Positions 56,911 through 64,000 of a stretch of DNA of 64,000 nt are shown here, piece by piece (the stretch's first letter is position 1; each line of letters starts with the position of its first letter). A program made the position numbers and the translations under genes. The stretch comes from Carcharhinus amblyrhynchos. Taxonomy: Eukaryota. The notes beneath the pieces were generated by a model. It worked only from the letters and a program-made list of their open reading frames with translations. It did no database searches and was not told where the DNA came from. The DNA lies in NCBI GenBank assembly GCA_965287045.1, contig OZ336885.1, positions 63,860,001 through 63,924,000 on the forward strand, in the 5' to 3' direction.

Positions 56911-57957
56911 CAAAAACAAGAATACGTATTGCGCAAATTTGTTGCATAATACATGGTAAACAGTTCGCCTTTTCATCATTAATCACCCTTCTGCTTCGAA
57001 GTCGAGGCTATGTTAGTATTGACTGCGCGCAATAAATCATTAAATTCATGAGATGCTTCTTTGCTCCACAGAGAAACTTTTCTTTTAAGAGAAACGTATG
57101 TTATGATTTCTACATGTTAATTTCCTATCAATTCTTATTATGCTTGAGATGGTAATTGAAATTGCTGTTCTGGTTGTTTATTTGTTTTTGCCTCCTGTGC
57201 CCATGATTAAAGCGTACTTTGCAAAACCCCTGTGCCAAAAAGTTATCCGAAACTGAACTTGATACAATCTTTCAGATGATAGATCCAGTGAATTATAAAT
57301 CATGCTCTATACTCTTGCTTTTATATTCGTAATAATTAAGGCAACCAGTTTCAACAATTCCCTTCTACGGAGTGAGCATTGTTTCTGTGTGTGTTCAGCG
57401 ACTACGAATCATAGATATCAAATAAATAGGAAGTGATTGTAACATGACATTTGCTTAAACAATTCAGTAATCAGTTACGAGAATTACATTTGAACATGAT
57501 TATTAATCTGTGTACAGTATTTGAACAATGAAGCATTGGAAGCTTCGCCTCTCACTCTCAGCATTCCCAATGCAATTTGTTTCAAAAGAGAGGATGGTGC
57601 AAGTCAGTATTTACCAGTAGGAACACGCTTTGAATCAAATGTTTACATCCAGTAACCGTTCTAATGCAGTGATCGCTCAGTTGAATATCGGAATGGCTCA
57701 CTGAAATGAGACACAATTTGTTTACTTCCACTTATGCAAACAATGCTGAAATCGGTCCGGACTACAAGTTGAAGGTATTGGCGAACGCTTCTAAATGTGT
57801 AACCATCATCTATTATTTCGGTGGTTGGCAAAATACCAATGTTAGCCAAATCTTCTGCATTCGAAAGAGGACACCGCCAGAATATTGCCACAGGAAGTAG
57901 TTGTGAACAGCTGGAACCAATGGATCACAGATCCTGCCGGTTTCTCCGGCCACTTAC

Positions 57958-57984
57958 CACTGCTTTCTCGAAGTTTTTCCAACT
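57958..57984 (-). CDS. Coiled-coil micro-exon B (27 nt, phase 1-1): (E)LEKLRESS
   Basis: gtttacatttcaatag|AGTTGGAAAAACTTCGAGAAAGCAGTG|gtaagtggc. Consensus donor. Confidence 0.8.
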
Positions 57985-60519
57985 CTATTGAAATGTAAAC
58001 ATCAGTTCGTTTTTTTTTCTTCGTTTGATAAATACATCAGCTTTTTTTTAACCGACGAAGTTCACGAAATCACAAAACGTTATATTGGAGATGAATTAAT
58101 ATTTCCCCATCCACCCGTTGCAGGCCACATCGTCGTCTATCCACACAACTGCGTTCAGTCAAATACCATAACGACATTGGAATAATTGTATCAGACAGAA
58201 GCAACACTTTTTTTTGGTTTCTTTTTCCAGTCCCGAGTTTTCATAATTAAATGCATACAGTAAAAGAAAATATATGTTAGGTAAACTATTGAGTGGAACA
58301 AAAATACATCAGGCCCAACTTTACCATCGCTGACGGAAATGTATATTTCACAAAAAGAAAACAAAACATTTTTATGTTCTCTGAGGAGTTCTGCCAAAAC
58401 TAAGGATGTGTGCAGCAGCTTCAGACTGTTAGTGCAACAGCCATGTGCCGAGGGCCCACCGTGTCTGCAAGACATTGCAAACAACATTTGACGCATTATT
58501 CAGGGAACGTCCATTGAGATCCAGGTTTAAAAAACAGTTTTGCAATGAACTGAATCATTTGTTCCAATAAAAGATGGAAATTGTAGAATGTTTTATACGT
58601 TTCATAGAAGTAGTTAATATTATGTTTATTGGCTGAATCAAGCTAAACGTTTAAATGTCTTTTAACTTTTGAACATGAGTATAATCCGTTCCATATAAAT
58701 GAACAAATGTTTTGTTTCACTTAAAATGCAGTTTAAATTCATTAAATTATAGAGAAGAATTTTACCGTGTCACCAACCAGGAAATCGTAGTGGAGATTTG
58801 AAAGTGCCCGCTGACCTCGGGTGGGATTTTCCAATCTTTGGGTGAACGCGGCCTAATAAAGAATGACAACTGTACAGGACAGTTTGGTCTATGCCCGACA
58901 AGAATTCCGCTCATGGCTTATCGCAATTAATCCATGAATTTACATTGCAAATCACCCTCACATGAAGGGACAATATAACATGCCGAATCAACCTCGCATG
59001 CAGCTCTTAGGAATGCGAGAGGAAACCGGAGCCATACAGCCACGCGAAGAACTTGCAAACTCAACACAGTCAAAATGGTTAGAATTGAACTAAGCAACGT
59101 GATTCCAGATTTTCAAGCTCCACTCAATGCCGAGTTAAAATATCCATGCGCGGAGTGCAATGGCAGATTTAAAAAAAAGTCCACCTGGAGTTATTCGCCC
59201 AGAGGGCCTATATTGTGCAGTAAATCTCACGCAATTCAACAAACTGAATTCACGCATCTTTTTTTTCATTCAACTAACTTTCGTGATCATCCGGGGTTCT
59301 GATCAATCAAGTTAATGGCGTTCTTCAGGACTTTTTAATTGGATGTTCGAATACCGTAGGTCTCATTAATTCAGTAATATTTTGGCGCAATAATACTCTA
59401 TAGTTTCCAATCTTCTAATTATTAAAACAAAATGCATTCCATGATTTAATGTCTCCACAAGTACAAGGACGACTTCAATAGAATTAGGTGTTTCATTGTT
59501 ATCGACGGAGAAATTGTTTATCCGCTCTAAATCGATGAGTTCTCCTCATCATACTTCTTTTTTCTGAGGGAAGGATTAATGGATACTACTTACTCAAAAA
59601 CGTAATTATTGTTCTCATGCTACGTTACGACCAGATGAGTTACTATTACTTTTCAGTCATTTTCTGATGCACCTCTTGGGATTCCACGATTTGAAAGGCC
59701 CCATGCATATGTAAGTATCTTTTTTTTGTCTTGTGATACATAGTTAGATGCTAAATTTTAAACATGTTTTACCGATGCATATTATCTGCATGTCTTTGGC
59801 TTGCAAGAAATCTAATGGCATTTCTGGAATGTTGATACCAGCAATTTGTCTCAAGAATGATGCAAACGTGGAATGGGTTATTATTCTACTTTTCATCCAT
59901 TTAGATCCCTGTCTAAATCCATGTTCTTTTGTTCTTAGTGGAAACGTAAAGCCAAACTAGTTTCACAGATATTTTCCATACCTGAGAAAAAAATATATAT
60001 ACATAATTCTCAGCACAGGCAATTTAGCACAGGCTTTTTAACATAGCTGATGCCTCCAGATACATGTTGTTCAAAGAAGACGGCTTCCATCCTGAATCAT
60101 TTCACTCTGCTGGATAACATTCTGCAAAGCTTAGTGAAAGGGTTAATAATCACGTAACGTTTAAAATCACATCAGCTGCTCTAATCTGTCATAGGAAAAT
60201 GCTTTAAGAAACGACAGGTCTTCATCAAAATAAACGTCAAAGGCCATAAAACCCATCGTTACCTTCACAAATTTAGATACAGCGCATGCAAACTCAATTT
60301 CCGTTGAATAATGTGGTACTGCAGCTCATGTGTGCCTACAAGAACAAGGAACAATGGAGATTTTGCACCCATATTTGTCATATTTGTATCCTGAATGCTA
60401 TCGGCACGAACGGAAGGAAAACTCATTTCAATCATATTTGAATTAGTTAGACGTGGACAAATTGTAATTGGAAAAATACACCAAATGCACAACATGCGAC
60501 AGAAAGAGAGAGAGAGAGA

Positions 60520-60850
60520 GAGTCATAGATTCATCGAGGTTTAAAACATGGAAACAGGCCCTTTAGCCCAACTTCGCCACGACCAACCTTTCTGAACGCC
60601 CGCTAAGCTAATCTTAATTGTCTGCATTTGGCCCATTTCCCCCTATATCCATCTTGCCCATGTAACTATCTTTTTAAATTATTATTACATAATCCTACCT
60701 TCCTCTACTACTACCTCTGTTGTTGCAGAAACTCACCACCCTCCGCGTGAAAATAAAACCCTCTGGTACTTTAACATCTGTTCCCTCTCGAAATGAATCA
60801 ATGCCCTCCAGTTTTAGACTCCCCTACTTTTGGTTGAAAACATTGACCAT
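60520..60850 (-). mobile_element. CR1 3'-end fragment next to an (AG)n repeat
   Basis: catggaaacaggccct...gccca is shared with the CR1 tail at about 40560. Confidence 0.75.
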
Positions 60851-61334
60851 ATCTGAATTGTTAATTTAAAGCTACTTTAGGCCAAAATGTTTCACTTAGT
60901 CAGTTGAGAGTAAGAAAACGAACAAGTCGCTGACCGTCAGCAACATCACAACCCTTTCACTCCGCGGTTGATCTTTATTCTCCTCAACAATATCTGTGCT
61001 ATTCCGTTCAAAATTGTAACAAGCTGAATGTTTGTTACATGAAGAAGAATTTGCTGCAACATTGATTGGAATACCCAAATGCATTTCACAAAAGCAGTAT
61101 GACTGCCAGAGCCTAAGTGATGAGGTCTTGCCGGCTGCCAGCTGCTTATAAATCTTCTTCCCTTAAAGTGGCCAGGTGAAGAAAATTATTAAATCCCAGT
61201 GCTTTGCTTCCAAGGAAGCAACAGAATATTCTTTCAATATAGTCGGTCGACCTGATTCATCTGGGAATATTCAAAAGATTGTTTTGATCATGATTCCTTG
61301 TAAATTGTTTCGGAGATTGTTTGCAAAATACATC

Positions 61335-61950
61335 CAAGTGTATAAAAGTTTGAGTGTTATGGTAAGGTCATACAAGGCATTGGTGAGGCCGAACTTCGAG
61401 TATTGTGCACAGTTTTGTTTACCTAGTTACAGGTAGGGTGTAAATAATGTTAAAAGAGTGCACAGAAGTTTCACAAAGATGTTGTCGGGAATTGAGAAGC
61501 TGAGTTACAGAGAGAGATTGAATAGATAAGTGCTTTATTCCCTGTAGCGTCGAAGAATGAGAGGAGATTTGATGGAGGTGTATAAGATTTTGATGGTATG
61601 GATGGAGTGAATGCAAGCAGGCTTTTTTTTTCCACTGAGGCTAGGGGAAAAAAAAAACAGAGAGCATGGGTTAAGGGTGAAAGGAGAATAGTTGAAAGGG
61701 AATATTGGGGGAGGGGCTTTTCACGCAGAGAGTGTTGGGAGTGTGGAATGAGCTGACGGTTAAAGTAGTGAATGCGGGGTCAGTTTTAACATATAAGAAA
61801 AGCTTAGACGGGTTCATGGATGTGAGAGGTGTGGAGGGATATGGTCCAAGAGCAGTTCAGTGGGACTAGGCCAAAAAAAAAAGTTCGGCGCGGACAAGAA
61901 AGCCCAAACGGCCTGTTTGTGAGCTGTAATTTTATATGGTTCTATGGTCC
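61335..61950 (+). mobile_element. CR1 3' fragment, same subfamily as 34548-35190 but inverted
   Basis: YKALVRPNFEYCAQF; long matches to the reverse complement of 34548-35190. Confidence 0.9.
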
Positions 61951-62004
61951 TAATTGTTACAAGTAAAACATTGATTTTGAAGGCAACTGTGAAAAACTCC
62001 ATAC

Positions 62005-62031
62005 CTCTTTCTTTTGCCTTAAGATTCGATT
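62005..62031 (-). CDS. Coiled-coil micro-exon A (27 nt, phase 1-1): (E)SNLKAKER
   Basis: Minus strand reads gcctgttacacctcgacag|AATCGAATCTTAAGGCAAAAGAAAGAG|gtatgg. Canonical AG/GT, in frame with the next exon, and similar to exon 19851-19877. Confidence 0.75.
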
Positions 62032-62559
62032 CTGTCGAGGTGTAACAGGCAACCAAAGGATTTTGAATTTATCGAGTGAAGAGGCACATTGGAAAATGTT
62101 GTTTGTGAACACAGTAAGTCAGTAAACGGTATTTAACAGTTGGTATCCCAAACTGCTAATGTTGTCATTATTACTTGATTGAATTTGAATTCGACGAACA
62201 CTGCGTTGCTTTGGTAACACTCAAAACAAGTCCACATCCGTTGGTTCACGAAAGCCAAGGAAGAATACTTTTTAGGTTATCAATAGTCACAATGTAAGTA
62301 ATGCCACAATCGGTTCGCACAGAGAATCCCATATAATGGATAATTGTAATTAGGTGCTGTTTTAAATTGGTCATCAATAATAACGAGGAGACAAACATTT
62401 TGCACTGATACTAGTTTCAAATTTGCGCCAGAAGATGATAGGTCACAAGAGCGCAAATCTCGAAATGCACCTGTTCAAATAGGCAAAGATTAAACAACAC
62501 ATATGTACTGTTCTTTCACTGACAAAGGTAAATAAGGATATCATTTTGAACATGTATAC

Positions 62560-63100
62560 AAAACTGGTGAGGGAATATCCTGGGTATTGTGTGAGTTTCT
62601 GAACAACACATTACAGGAATGACATAATTGCTGTGGAGAGGCTTCAAAGGACATTGATAATAATGTTGTCAGGGTTAGAAATGTGTAGCTTTGAGGAGAG
62701 AACAGGTAGGTTGCGGTTATTTTTCCTTTGAAAATGAAAGTGCACAAATATGACTTGTGAGAGGAAGAGATAGAGAGGACATTTTTTTTTTCCTTCGGTG
62801 GAAACTTCCAGAACTAGTGGAGATAGATTCAGGATAAGTGGATGAAGGAGCACCGGGGACGTGATAAACAGTGCTTTGTAGCAAGGGGTGTTGTATGTAT
62901 GGAATTCCTTGCCGAGTCGATGGTTGAGGAAGACAGCCAGAAAGCTTTTACAATCTAGTATCGCGACCTGAACCGTGAACTTTCTCATCAACAGGTCGAT
63001 GAATGCATTGCCAGCTGAAATTAAAAAGGTGGTTGGGTGTCTTCAGACTGGCATGGACATATTTTGTTCGATGATCTTCTTTTGTGCTGTTTCTTGTTGA
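62560..63100 (+). mobile_element. Decayed CR1 3' fragment
   Basis: LYKTLVR-like and YCV.F-like remnants followed by a CR1 3' UTR. Confidence 0.7.
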
Positions 63101-64000
63101 TTGAACTTTATATCCGTATTGGCTCTCATATGACGTTCAGCGATTTTAAAGGTACATGATTTTCGAAACGAGCAGTTGAAAATGTAAACGAATTTGGATA
63201 TTCGGTTCCGATCCCTGCCAATGAAGAGATCACATAGCCTATTCAGAAACAAACCAAACAGAAATTGTGGAAAACCGAGCAGGTGGAGAACATTCCCCCA
63301 TCCCACCACCCCCCCCCCCCCCCCCCCCGCCACCCCCCCACCCCCCCAACTTTGCTCAAACCCAAGTTGTCTCATCCATATGAAATCGCATCATGCAAAA
63401 CGTGTTTTTGTTTTCTGATGGACATCGATCTCATCCTTACACTGATTTAATTAATTCATAGAATTTGTTCAGCAAACAAACATTTATGCTTTGAGTGTAC
63501 AGCAATTGCAGCAACATGCATCACCTGCAAGATGCATTATGTGAAGGAACAGATTTCTTATGTCGGACCTTGAAAACCCACAGCTACTACCAGCTGGCAT
63601 AACAACGAACGCATGCAAAATACGGAGCATGACCCGGAAGCTCCCTTCAAGTCGCCGCCCATTCTCATTTGGAAAAGTATTGCAGTACCGTCACTGCCAA
63701 CGAATCTAAAGCAGGAATTTAACTCACAATGTGCCTCGTGAGTGTGTGACAGGGAAGAGAGTGCAGTCATTGCTAACTCCAATTTTCGTGGCAATGAATC
63801 ATCATCGGTGCAACGGTGCACACAACAAGATAAAGGATATTAAGAACTCATAGTCATTTCAGCTAGGTCCATCTTCCACTTATCTATTATGTTACACTCC
63901 GCCCCCCCCCCCCCACCTCTTCTCCCAAATCTCTTCAGGAGTTGCGTTGATGAGATGTTTTCCATCTTTTCGAGATACCTGGCGCTCGTCGCTGATGATG

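Noticed and set aside
57661-57891. Ig C-like looking ORF
   Set aside because: Lacks the proper Cys/Trp spacing and splice sites, and lies in the intron just after exon B.
58191-58330. Hydrophobic-then-basic ORF end resembling a TM exon
   Set aside because: No usable splice sites, and it would sit between coiled-coil exons A and B.
1-64000. B30.2/PRY-SPRY or Ig exon of the putative BTN-like gene; CRISPR arrays or prokaryotic systems
   Set aside because: No LDPxTA, HYWEV or DxGxYxC motifs seen, no regular repeat-spacer array, and the sequence is vertebrate-like intronic DNA.

Overview
Eukaryotic DNA, most likely from a cartilaginous fish (inferred from the shark-type CR1 LINE, SINE and Penelope repeats), with one assembly gap (Ns 44952-45088). 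There is no long intact ORF. Most of the window is intron sequence filled with decayed CR1 LINEs, a Penelope fragment, a pol-less endogenous retrovirus (two LTRs, tRNA-Asn primer binding site) and two related solo LTRs. The main hidden feature is missed by the ORF track: a chain of 15-36 nt symmetric phase-1 micro-exons on the minus strand, spread over about 62 kb (62031 to 23). Spliced in order they read ESNLKAKER|ELEKLRESS|EKALN|ELKKCEESFKKS|(AEQLDLKDE)|EIKELNGKLEIL|EKKLKQKET|DFNVLHEKC|KKQKK. This is a stop-free heptad coiled coil built from internally repeated exon modules, resembling the tails of butyrophilin/chicken BG proteins. Candidate stop-containing alternative exons with Tyr motifs lie between the micro-exons. 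The 5' and 3' ends of the gene appear to lie outside the window, so the family assignment is inference. All exon calls are from manual reading; repeat boundaries are approximate.
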